Shown here piece by piece: positions 11,952 through 23,665 of a DNA stretch of 64,000 bases (the first letter of the stretch is position 1; each line of letters begins with the position of its first letter). The translations under genes were made by a program, and so were the position numbers. The stretch comes from Vitrella brassicaformis CCMP3155 (taxonomy: Eukaryota; Protista; Chromerida), in assembly GCA_001179505.1 (NCBI GenBank), contig CDMY01000189.1, positions 62,001-126,000 of the forward strand, in the 5' to 3' direction. The notes below the pieces were generated by a model. The model was given only the letters and a program-made list of their open reading frames with translations, searched no databases and was not told where the DNA came from.

Positions 11952-13858
11952 ATGGGATCCGTCACACCGCCGACACCTGTGAGCCAGGCCGCGGTCATGG
12001 CGGACACCTGCACGACGACCGACCGAGTGCGCAGCTTCGTCGCCAGAAGCGCCCACACGCTCGACCACTTCAAGCAACCGGACTTCGCCGCCGCCCACGT
12101 CTGCCTGCTGCTGTTCGTGTTGGCGCTCAACTTGCCGATCACCGTGGTCGGCTACCTGCGGAGTGCGGCCTTCGGCGTGCAGATCCCCGGCGCCATCATC
12201 TTCGGCATCCTCTGCGACACGTACGCTCGCCCCGCTGCTCTGTTGGCGTTCCTTACATGTCTCACGTAGTGTCTCTCTGTCCTCGTGTGGTGTTCATGAG
12301 GTATGGGTCTCGCTTCGGCTTCCTCCTTGCCTTCGCGTCGTGTATTCTGAGTTTCCTTACCACTGCCGCGGCCATCGGCCAATGGATGCTCTACCGTGAG
12401 ACCCAAGAGCCGTTCCACCACCAGCCGACACCCAGACATGACATGTGTGGCTCTTTCTGTCTATCTGTGTGTCCACTAATCAGTGTCGGTGGTGCTATCG
12501 TTCTTCATGCACGGCCTCCAAGTCAGCAGCCAAGTGGTTAGCCTCCGCACTTCGGCCAGCGAGAGGGCCTTCCATCTTGGCCTGCTCACGCTCTCATACG
12601 GCATCGGCCTCGTCATTGGAGGCCTGGCAGGCGGGTTCATCGCCCTCGAGTTGAGATCGAACCGGATGGCCGCCCTCTTCTCCGTGGTGCTGAGTGGTGC
12701 CGCTCTCGTCGTGTCACAGCTGGCCATTCCCGCCATCGTCCCGACAAGTGGCGAGCGCTACGAGACGGCCACGGAGATCTTTGGGAGGGCGGCTTTGCTG
12801 CTCAAGGACACACTCAAGCACACGAAGAGCAGCCTGCTGCTGCTGTTCTTCGTGAGGACACAGAGAGACCTCTGCATGGACGTCTGTGTGGCCACATGGA
12901 CGTATCGCTGCCTGACTGACATGTGTGCAGGGCATGTTCCCGGTGGTGTTGGCCCGAATGACATTCGCGCCAGCAGCGGTTGAGTTGTATCACCTCAACC
13001 AAATCCAGACAGGGGAAGTCACCAGGTGGGTGGAGTGAGTGGAGGAAGGAAACACAGATAGACAGACAGACAGATGGGATGGATGCTGTCCTGTCCACGT
13101 CTATCTACCTATCTATGTGTGTGTGTAGCTTCATCGGTGGCATCATGACATTTGCCGAAGGAGTGGTGGCGCCAGGCGTCTTCCTCTTCTTCACAGAAGT
13201 GACGGCCCTGCGGTGGTCGTTTGTCATCCAGGCAACACACACAGAGACACCAGAGAGGGTGTCTGTGTGTGTCTGTGTGCCTCAATCAGTTCCTCGGCTT
13301 TGCCATTGTGACATCGCTGGTGAATCCGAGTGAGACGGCCACGCTGTTTGCGCTCATAATCTTTTTTTTTTTGGGGGGGGGGAAAACTGTCATTAACCGT
13401 AACACTCGTCATCCCATTCATCGCAGGTAAGCAGCGAGATAGGCAGACAGACAGACAGACAGATGGCCCGCACCCATTCATTCATGTCAATGGTTGTCAG
13501 GTGCTCTCAATTTCGTGGCCATCATGAGTCTGATGACGACACGCGTGACGGAGAACGAGGTGGCCACCGTGATTGGCCTCAACGACGCGTCCTTCACCCT
13601 CCTCAACACGATATGTCCTTCTTTGGGCCTCTGGCTCTACTCCATCGCCGGCCTCCATGCCGTCTTCCTCCTCTGCCTCGTCTGGTATGTGCGCCAGCCG
13701 AAGGAAGGCTTCACTGGATGTGTGTGCGTTGTGTGTGTGTGTGTGTGTGCGGCATTGATAGGTCTGGTGTTGTCGCCGTCGTGTTCGGCGTGCCGTCAGC
13801 CCTCTACCCCAAGTCCTACCCCCTGCTCTCGGCGCTCGACGCACACCCACCAGAATAA
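11952..13858 (+). CDS. Major facilitator superfamily transporter (TetA/SLC22A18-like); one exon interrupted by a 52-nt insertion
   Basis: Hydrophobic exons with MFS motif A-like GILCDT|YGSRFG, motif C-like SYGIGLVIGGLAGG, and C-terminal GLNDASFTLLNTICPSLG. Confidence 0.8.
13356..13407 (-). mobile_element. 52-nt retro-like insertion inside an MFS exon, flanked by a CTC duplication
   Basis: Removing it restores TLFAL-VIPFIAG in phase with the next exon. It shares a 20-mer with the retroelement 3' UTR at 20327-20346 and contains T11 and G10 runs. Confidence 0.6.
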
Positions 13859-14405
13859 ACACACAGACAAACCCGACAAAAGAGAGAGAGAGAGAGAGAG
13901 AGAGACATTGACGGAAATACGTGACACTGGCAGTCGTGAATGTAAAAGACACAAGATGCCTTTGAGTCGGAATCACCTTACTCCCGCTTTCCTTGTCTTT
14001 TCATTCCTTTTCTTTTCTTTTCTTGCTCTCGTGGCCGTCTCTCTCTCTCTCTCTCTCTCTGTCTCTGTCTCTCGCTCCCCCGCTCTCCCTTTCTGTCTCC
14101 CCTGCTGTATCTCTAAGCAAAAAAAGGCATCCACGTACGCACAGCCAGCCAGACGCACGACACACACGCCCACCATTTTTGTGTCTCGCAGACCGTTTTA
14201 TGTCTGTGTTGTGGATGTCTCATCAGTTAGTCAGTCAGTCAGTCAGATTCGGTCGGTCGGCCGACCGGCCTGCCGGGTGTGCCATTCTATATCTCGGGCG
14301 GGGCACACAGTCGATGCATCCACTCGCTCGTTCACTCTGACTCGGACAAGTGTGTGTGTATGTGTGTTTGTGTTTGGGTGCCTGTGTCTGGTCTGACGGT
14401 TTAGG

Positions 14406-16674
14406 TTAGGCCGTCGCCTCCTGCTCGGCCACCGCCACCGCCTCCGCCTCCGCCTCCGCCTCCGCCTCCGCCTCCTCTGTCTCTTTCTCGACCTGGTCAA
14501 TTTTCTCCTCGGACGCTATCACCGGCTTGAAGATCCCGGTCTGCATGGCGTCTTCAGGGCAGCAAGGATCAGGGACACATCCTGAGGCACACAGGCGTTG
14601 GCCAGCGTCAGCATTCGAATTCATGCTGTCCTTACCACCTCTCCAGTCGCTTCCTTGAAGGCCTGAAGCGCCTTTTCCTCCATGGCCTTGATGTCGTCGT
14701 TGGTGAGTCGGTCGGTCACGGCCACCTCCTCCTGGCCCACGAGGTTCTTAAGCTTGGCGGCCTCCTTGTCGCTGGGACCACACAGACAGAGACATGAACA
14801 TTCTCCGTTCGCTCGTGGGTGTGTGAGTGGGTACGCGTCCTCGTGGTCATTGAGCTCCACGGGCATTTGCGCAAGCGCGTCGAGCCATTCGCGGCCCTCC
14901 TCGTCGAGCTCGGTATCTGACAATTCGCAGAGTGACCGCTTTCCCGCCTTTCTTCAGCCTCCCTTGCATGTACCGTATCTCTTCATGCGGCGCTTTTTCT
15001 TGCCCTTTTTGTACTTCTTGTAAGAAGCGACGACGACCATCTATTACGAGAGTGATACACGCCCACGCACAGTAGTTCTTCCACTCACGGCTTCATTTTC
15101 TCGTTTACTTACCTTTCCGAAGTAGACCACCTGCACAAGCGGACATGGAGAGACAGGAAGTGCACGCGCTCTTTCTCTCCCTACCAGTTGTCACGTACCA
15201 ATGCGCTGGCCACCGATCCTGCGATAACTGGCACTGTGCCCGCGCCCGTTACCGCGGCTGCCGTGCCAAACCCGACCGTGGAGGCAGCCGCAACGCCCGA
15301 GAAGACGGCTAAAGGATCGAGAGATACAGTGCGACTCAGCTGCATGGGTGTGGAGGGCTGACTGACTGCCAGAAGAGGCCGATTCAATGGCCAACTTGCC
15401 GCCGATCCCAAGCAGGCTCTTGGTGTACAGCCAGGCTCGTTTGCCGCGATTATTGAGCCAGGTGGGACACACAGCGTAGACCCCCTTGGAGTAGACGTTT
15501 GGGGCATAGCTGATTTCGCCGCATATAGAGATGGGTACACATGTGCGCATAATAACAGGTGTATTGATATCTGTTGAGGTGTCGCGCTCATGTCTCTTGC
15601 CAGTGGAGGAGCCGGTGCACCGGATCGAAGCGCACATATCCGGTGGTGATGGTCGGACCCTGCGTGCGACGGACATCGTCGATGCGAGAGAGAGTCTCAA
15701 CACAGACTAAATTTCATGTCTCCTACGAACGGATCTCTTCATGCCCACCGCATTCTTGAGTGTGTCGGCTGTGTACTGGACGGTGCACCTGCACAAGCGG
15801 ACGGTGCACGTACTAGACCTGCTTCCACCAGTTTTAACATACTTGAGCGGCGTGCCAATCCACTCTCCTGGTTGGAATTCGAGTGGTTCCTTTCCCTGGA
15901 GCCTGCGCTCTCTCTGCGTGCTCGTGACTTTCTTTTTGACCACCTCCTCGACAGCTGCAATCCTCTGCTTCGTGACGAGGAATCGTGGTTTGCCAAACTT
16001 GGTCTCCTCTCCGAGGGGGGCCTCTCCGAAAAGGGGGTTCTGCAGAATAAACACGTACACTACATACGTGAGAAGAGTTCTGATGCAACTCCGACCTCCA
16101 CGATGTAGCAAACTTTTGAGAGGAGTCGTCGCTTCTCCGCCGGCGTGTAGAGGGGAAGAGCGGCGTAGTCGCCTTTCTGGACGTCCTCGCGGTACACTGC
16201 ACGCACGATAGGAGGGAGGGGACCGGCCAGATATGTTTTTGCCGGCCGGGCGGCTGCTATGTGTCTGCGCATGCAGTCATCGTTCACCCCTTTCGGCTTC
16301 CTGAAACCGCTGTAGACGAGGCTGCAGATCTCGGATGACAGCTTTGTTCGCTTCAGTAAGGTATGGTTCCCGCTGGAGTTCGGCCCCGCGTCTGGCAACG
16401 AAGTCTGCAAAGTCCTGGAGGCCGAGACAAGAGGAGCTTAAGTCATATAAATGCAGTCAGCTTCTAGCTCACTCACCTCGTCGTAGCCGTAAGCCTCACG
16501 CGGGTGGCCCTTCTCCATCTCTTGTCCCTCAAAAGGTGAAGGCGGCGGTGAAACCAAACGGGGCGTTCCGACTGGCCAAAAACCTTCCTCACTGCAAAGG
16601 GCTTCTGTGGTGGACGTGGGGACCAGCAGCAGCAAGGCAAACAAGGCCGTGGCGAAGAAAGCGAGGAGCGACAT
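14406..16674 (-). CDS. Unknown secreted or membrane protein (signal peptide, late Gly/Ala hydrophobic segment, basic then acidic tail)
   Basis: Start MSLLAFFATALFALLLLVPTSTTEA. Open exons at 16060-16410, 15707-16000 and 15200-15460 (PLAVFSGVAAASTVGFGTAAAVTGAG), then VVYFGK, YKKYKKGKKKRR and a poly-EA tail. Joining these into one gene is inferred. Confidence 0.5.
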
Positions 16675-17047
16675 GCGACTCACTCGAGGGGAGAGACTGA
16701 GACGGGTGACAGGAGCAGTAAGAGGGGCACGAAAAAAGACCGGTTCACTGGACCAACACCGAGACGGGTGTAGAGAGAGGCGCAGGAAAGCGGCCGGCTC
16801 ATGCGCGCCGCTCGACACCCAGGCAGTTGAGATTCGCGCACTGCAAGCTTAGCTCACACGCTATCTCACTGACGGTTTTCCCCATGAATAATTGAAGCTT
16901 TGTACTGTCCAACAACACATAAAGGCGTCGATGGTAGAGCGCACGCAGGATGCGGAGGTTAGTTTTCCTCGCTGGACGCTCGTAAATTCTCTCCCGCTCA
17001 AAAGGGAGACCTGGCAGATCTATGGCTATAACAGCATCAAACACCGG

Positions 17048-17837
17048 ATGATGCGCCTGCGCAGCGAGTCCGTTCTTCTCCTTTCCATTCTCATCGCCTC
17101 TGCGGCCTTCCCATCCATATGTGGCAGTGGTGCCGTCAGCGGCGCTTTGTCCACCACCAGCGGAGCCATCGCATCCATGCAGCTGCCGCCCGAGGCCACA
17201 AAAGGCCTCGACATGGTCAAAGACGTCCTCAACAAGATCCTCTTCAGCCTCCATGTGGAAGATATGGACGAATCGCGGCGCTTTGAGAACTTTACTGCTT
17301 GGTGTGAGGGGGAGAAGGGCCGGCTGGCGGATGAGATAGCGGATGGAGGAGAAGACATGCTGGAGGGGCTCAAAAACGACACACTGCTGGCGCTCATCAC
17401 CGATAAGACCCAGCTGGAGACTTCTATTGAGTACCTGACCAACCGGCTGGACAAGATCTCTGTCGAGCTGGGTGATGCCGCCACTGCCCGCGAGAGGGAT
17501 CACCAGACATATGTGGCGGACAAACGAGACAACGAGGGTTCGCGGGCTTTGCTGACACAAGCCATCCAGAGGCTGTCCGACACTTATGCTGCTGCCTCTC
17601 TCATCCAAGCGACAACGAAAAGGGGCGCCTCGGGCGGCAGATTCCCTGTTCTCCTCCTTCAGCGGTCATCCGCTGTGAGGAGAAGCCTGGGCATGCAGCA
17701 GCAGAGGAAGCGCACGAATCAGTGGCAGCCATACAGCTATCAGTCTAAGGGCGTCTACGGCGCATTGCAGGCCATCCAGGACAACCTCCAAAGGTGGGTG
17801 GGCCGCGCATATCCCCTGTCAGCTGGTCGGCGAGTTT

Positions 17838-17868
<31 letters not shown>

Positions 17869-20169
17869 GTGTGTGTGATGCGCTGTGTGAAGGGATCAAG
17901 TGGAGGCGGATCGTGACGAGTCGACGGCGACAGAGTACTACAATACCCTAAGGATGGCCAAGACTCAGCAGAACGTGGCGTTGCGGAAGTCCATCGAACA
18001 GAACAAGGCCGCCCTTGCCGGTGAGAGCTGCTCTACGTGTCGGGGGTGAGAGAATGGGAAGATGTGTTCTGTCTTAATGTCTCTGCCAGACACCGATAGA
18101 CGGCTCGCGCAGTGCAATAGCGACATCAAGGCGTACGAGAAAGAAACCCAGGAATGTACGTGCAGATGTGTCTCTCTTGCTTCGCCGCATCTCTCTTTGC
18201 TGCTCTATTGGATCCAGCATATCGTATGCTTGGCGAGGTGAAGGCCACGTGTGAGGAGAAGACCAACGAGTGGAAGGCGCGATCGGTCAGAAACAGGCAG
18301 ATTGCGACTCTCTCACACGCGTGTGTCTCACTCTCTTTTGCATGTTCAGGAAGACCGAAAGAAGGAGAAGAAGGCCATTGATGAGGCGCTGAAGCTTCTG
18401 TCATCTAGGGGGCTCTTCGAGGGCAGTGACAGTGACGGGGAGAGTGATGAGCCGTCAATAGACCCCGACGTGGACGAGCACGGAGGAGACACAGACGACG
18501 AGCCATCTCTCGACCCATCCACAGAAGAGGACCTCGCCGCTCCACCCTCCCTCTTACAACGTGACCACTACATTGGCGGCGGCATTCCAGCGGCCGTTGT
18601 AGACCTCTTGAGGAGCCACAGCGTGCCCCCCGACGTCATCAACGCTCTTGCCCAGCACCCGTACCGGCTACTGGGCCTCCTGTCTCGACAGCCACAAGCC
18701 GCCGACAAGGACAGCACCACCCTTGAGCGTGCTCAGTTCAGCCAGGGATGGGTGAGGGAGGTCAGAGGACTCATCCGGCGGATGATCAGGGAGGTGGAGA
18801 CGGAGGCTGCGCGTGACAAGGAGAAGAAGGCCCACTGTGAGGAGCAGTTGGCGCAGGCGGACGCCGAGATCCACCAACTGGGGTGAGGGGGAGGTCGGAC
18901 TGGATTCTCGCTCTTTACATATATACTGTTCCGTGTCAGCACGAGCCTCGATGACGTCAACATGACACTTTTGGAGCGTCAGGGTGAGTTTGACGATGCA
19001 GATGCCGCCATTCAAGACGCGCAACAGGCAGGAGGGGGCTGATACAATTATGCATATACGAAGACGCATATGTACGACTGCATGCTGCTTGCTGTAGAGG
19101 ATGGAGGACATGAAAGCTGACCTGGACAGCTCCATTGCACAGAGAAAAGCAGAGGTATTAACCATGTAGAGCGGCGGAAAAATGTGGGCACCTCGGGCAG
19201 GCTTGTCTGTGTCGTGGTGCAGCATGCGGCCTACATGAAGGCCACACACAATCTGCAGCTGACGATAAAGATCGTTCAGGCGGCCAAGAGTGTCCTCAGT
19301 AAGACGCCATCATTGCCATTCACCTCGCTAAGAGGACAATTTGGGTGTCTTTGTTTCTTTCAGTGAAGTTCTATAAATCGAAAGACACGACTGAGCACCA
19401 CGGCAGTGCAACAACCATGTTGAGACAGAAACCACACACATGGAAAGGCTCAAGCCGACACACACCGGGCATGCAGCCGGTAAGCATGCACACAGCCACG
19501 CAGTATAGGAAGACATAAATCTCTATGGATGTGCGAATGACTGCAGGTGTTCGCCTTGTTCGACAGCATCCTGGACGACGTCAAGCGTCAGCAGCAGGAG
19601 GGCGATCTGGCGGAGAGCAAGGCAGCCGCCGGAGCGACACAGTTGCAGCAAGACTTCTCCGTGCAAAGGGACAACCTGCACACACACATCACCGATAAGG
19701 TCACAATTGAGGCATTCAGAGAAGAGACACACGGACCTCCACTTGTTGGCACATACAGACGGTGATCCGCTCGAGTTCAAAGGTCAACATAGCCAACAGA
19801 AGTGTCCAGCTGAAGGCCCTCGTCGACACGATGGAAGCCGCAGCTGAAAGAAGGGTGGGTAGAAGGGAAACAAACGCGTGAATGCCATGTGTGTCGCTTA
19901 AGCTACGACGGACTTACGGTCTGGTCTGTGTGCCATGTGTGTCAGCGGGACTTATCCGATGGCTGCAGAGACATCCTGCAGAACTACCCAACGAGAGAGG
20001 CGAGAAGAAAAGTACGAACGAAAGAGGGAGGGAGGGAGGGAGGGACAGGATGTATCGACCTTGGCTTGCCTTTGGTGTGCCTCCTGCGTGTTCTCTCCAT
20101 TACGCGTTGCAGAAGGACCGCGGCGCCTATCAACAGGCGTTGTACGTCCTCAGCGGCGCAAGATACTGA
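17048..20169 (+). CDS. Secreted long coiled-coil protein of the alveolate extrusome/trichocyst-matrix-like type
   Basis: Signal peptide. Repeated helical units with a single Cys (WCEGEK, ATCEEK, HCEEQ, GCRDIL), linkers ending SLIQ and SLLQ, and C-terminus RRK..YQQALYVLSGARY*. Confidence 0.6.
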
Positions 20170-20320
20170 CGGCCGCGTGTGTCTGCGTCCAGTCTGTGCG
20201 CGCCAATTCGTGTGTCGATGCCCTCATAGATAGACCTGTCTGTGTGTGTGTGCCATGGAAAAATCATCGCTTCGCGAATGCCAGCGAAGAGAAGAGAGAG
20301 AGAGAGAGAGAGAGGAGAGA

Positions 20321-21420
20321 AACTTACATTAACCGTAACACTCGTCTGTGTGTCCGTGATACTCATAAACATACAGTCCCATGAGCACGCAGAGTCAAAC
20401 GCTCACGGGGAGGAGGAATCGATCCCCGCCCCATCAGCATACCCCAGTCCCGCAAACCCTCCCCTCCCTCCCCCACGCAGACAGTAGCTAGTCGCACGCG
20501 CGAGGGCGATAGACAAGCGAGAGCGAATCCATCCAGACACATGACTGAACTCCCGACCCTTCCACCCCTCCTTCTCCAACAGCGCATGAGCCATGTGGGC
20601 GATGAACACGTTGGCATCGTGTCCCCACACACCGTCACACGTCACCACCAGAGGGCAGAAGGTCACGCGGGAGTCGCAGACGGCCGAGTGATATTTCTTC
20701 TTCTTGGCGGTCTCGTGCTGCTTCAGGATGGACTTGGTCGATCGGTTCTTGGAAGCATAAGACGGTGCGTCAACATCAGTGATGCAGATGTCGAACGACG
20801 CAGCCGCCTGCCGCTCCCACACGCCCCGAGCGACGATGTCCGCCCTCACCCCGCCCTCCCCCTCCTCTCCCTCCTTCAACACCACCTCCCGACGCACACC
20901 AGCGTCCCCCCACGCNNNNNNNNNNNNNNNNNNNNNNNNNNNNNNNNNNNNNNNNNNNNNNNNNNNNNNNNNNNNNNNNNNNNNNNNNNNNNNNNNNNNN
21001 NNNNNNNNNNNNNNNNNNNNNNNNNNNNNNNNNNNNNNNNNNNNNNNNNNNNNNNNNNNNNNNNNNNNNNNNNNNNNNNNNNNNNNNNNNNNNNNNNNNN
21101 NNNNNNNNNNNNNNNNNNNNNNNNNNNNNNNNNNNNNNNNNNNNNNNNNNNNNNNNNNNNNNNNNNNNNNNNNNNNNNNNNNNNNNNNNNNNNNNNNNNN
21201 NNNNNNNNNNNNNNNTCCAGCGTCCCCCCACGCCATCCCAATCAGCTCGGCAAAAGTGTCCCGCAGCTCGTTGTGGCGACGAATCACCAGGCCGTACCGC
21301 TTGCAGCACAGCGCATGGTCGACGGCGATGGAATGCCAGCGAATGATAGACCGCTCGTGAATCTGAGGCTGCCAGCAGAGGACATGCATCCCCCAGGTAA
21401 ATTTGATGATGCTCCTCTGG
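20321..21420 (-). mobile_element. 5'-truncated non-LTR retrotransposon fragment with a restriction-like endonuclease (CRE/R2 group), its 3' UTR and an adjacent (CT)n tract
   Basis: ORF 20403-21389: DHALCC..RRHNELRD, RADI..FDICI, KKKKY, FCPLVVTCDGVWG. Intronless, unlike host genes. No reverse transcriptase domain is visible in the window. Confidence 0.88.
20916..21215. other. Assembly gap (300 N), probably zero or negative true length
   Basis: CCAGCGTCCCCCCACGC occurs on both sides, duplicating WGDAG. Confidence 0.9.
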
Positions 21421-21570
21421 TCGCTTTTGCATTCTCCGGTAGTGGCCCTCCCTTTCTAAAGATACGAAGGCCTCATCCAGCCGCACCTCTCTGACCTGCC
21501 CATCCAGCGAGAACCATCCTTCTGGCCCACACCATCCCTCTGAGAGCCCTTTGCAGCCCTGGGCCAGGAA

Positions 21571-23214
21571 ATGGCTCCCATGCCGCCAGTACCACCCCCA
21601 GTGCCTCCCGAAGGCAGCAATGATGACAGAATGCATCCCCCTGAGCCGCCGTCGCCGCACTACGGGCCAGGATGGTACTCGCCTCCGTTGAGCCCGGCAC
21701 CATCTTTGTGTGGGGGAACTGACGTGCTGACCATATTCGACTGGGACGATACACTGTGTGAGTGCGCAGATCGTGTCTCTGTCGGTCTATGGGATGGATC
21801 TGGAGGTGGTCTTGAAGTTCTTCTTTTCTTCTTCTTCTCTGTATGTGTGTCGGAACGTGCAGTTCCGACCAACATAGTAAAGGCGCTGAGGGTGGAGCAG
21901 CGGCGGGCACTGTACTACAAAGGCGGCAAGTGGACTTCCGACCTGCTCCTGGCCGCTGCGGCCATCGGAGAGGTGGCTGTCATCTCGAACGGGAACCCGA
22001 GCTGGTAACACACATACACACAGCCATCCACGCCATCCACTTCTCGAGCACTCATCCAGTCCTTCTATCGTCTTTGTCCTCAGGCTCGAGGAGGCCGTGG
22101 GGCTTAAAGGCTACGAGGAGGTCCGGCGTGTGCTGCAGCAGCACACCATCCCCGTCATCTCCGCCCGCCAACACGCCCACATCAACGGCCGGGGAAAGAC
22201 GTCGTCGACCGGATGGAAGGCAAACACAGACAGACAGACAGACAAAGGACGTCTGTAGGGAGGGAGGGCGCCGTCGTGTGTGTGTGAGCAGATGTCATGT
22301 GTAGCTGATCTGTTGGCCGTGTACAAGGGGAAAGGGCTGCGGTTTGGCCGGGTGGTGACGATCGGAGACTCGACGGTCGACATGGCGGCCCTCGAGGCCA
22401 GCAGAGGGTGAGATGTGCACACATACCCACACCTACACCTACACCCACATGTGTGACGTGACGTCTTGCCCTCCTCTGCATTTGCGTTTTGTTGTTGCAG
22501 TGTGTTGCCGGGGGCGTCGTTGGTCAAAGTCCTGCTGGTGGAGAAGCCGTCCGAGAGCACTCTGATGCTCGTCGGACACACACCCATTATAGCTCATCTC
22601 TCCCTCCGCCCATCCTTGTGTATCTCGAGCTGCTGTCTGTTCTTGGCTGAATGGCAGGAACACGACCGCCTGATAAAGAGCATGCCGACGCTGGTGGAGA
22701 CCCGTTGTGAGAACTTCGAAATGGAGGTCTGTCGCACTGCACACGAATATATACACAGACAGACACAGTGTGATGACCCAATCGCCTGGCCCATCTCTTT
22801 GTCTGTCTGTGTCCTTGTGTTTTACATATCGCTCTTCATTCAGTTGGTCAAGGCCCACCGTGAGCAGGCATACTTTTCCGACGCCGTCCTCACATCGTTC
22901 CCGGGCCCAGAAGGCCACAACTCGTAAGTACATACCCACACCGTACCCAACAACACATCAACCAACCGATACACACACGATTTCCCGTCTGTCTGTCTGA
23001 CCTGCCTGGTCGTGTCGTCTGTGTCTTGTCTCCCCCATGCGTCCGTCACAGATACATCGATGTGGAGGAGGACGTCAGCACGGTGGAACCCTCAGAGGAC
23101 CCGATGTGCATACTCAAGTGCATGGCCGAGGTGGGCCTTACACAGCAGCAGCAGGTGGCGAGTGGTCAGCAGCAGGCGGCGAGTGGTCAGCAGCAGCACC
23201 TGTCGACGGCCTAG
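21571..23214 (+). CDS. HAD-superfamily protein of the DWDDTL family
   Basis: Spliced motif I IFDWDDTL|FPT, motif II VISNG..W, VISAR, and motif IV TIGDS..D. Confidence 0.8.
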
Positions 23215-23665
23215 GAGAGTCCACCGGGTGGACCTGTGTGGTGTTGTTTAGTGTGCTGCTGGTTGGTTGCTGGATGGGTGAGGGTGCTGTGTGGCCCTCT
23301 GCCACAAACACATCCCAGCGTGTGTGTGATTTGACGACCTGGTCAGTGCAGCTGTGTTGAGAGACATCACTTGACGGATGGATGGCTTCTACACGTGATG
23401 GAGGGAGGGAGGGATGGATGGATGGACAATGTTTCCTTTTTTGAAGGAAAGCGCTTCACTGTCGAATCTGATCTGTCCATGTCCACCATCTCGCTTTCTC
23501 CCCACTCAGTCGGCGCACCTCTCCCCCCGAGACATAAAGGGAACAACCAGACCCGCGCACACAGCATGCAGCCGAAAAACAAGCCGTCCGTGGATGCTCA
23601 CACACGACTGACTGACTGAGGCAGGCAGGCAGCCTCGACTGGTCGGTCCATCGACGGATCACATC

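Noticed and set aside
20899-21235. Apparent direct repeat or duplicated WGDAG inside the retroelement
   Set aside because: It flanks a 300-N placeholder gap and is best explained as contig overlap, as at the 36046 and 55133 gaps.
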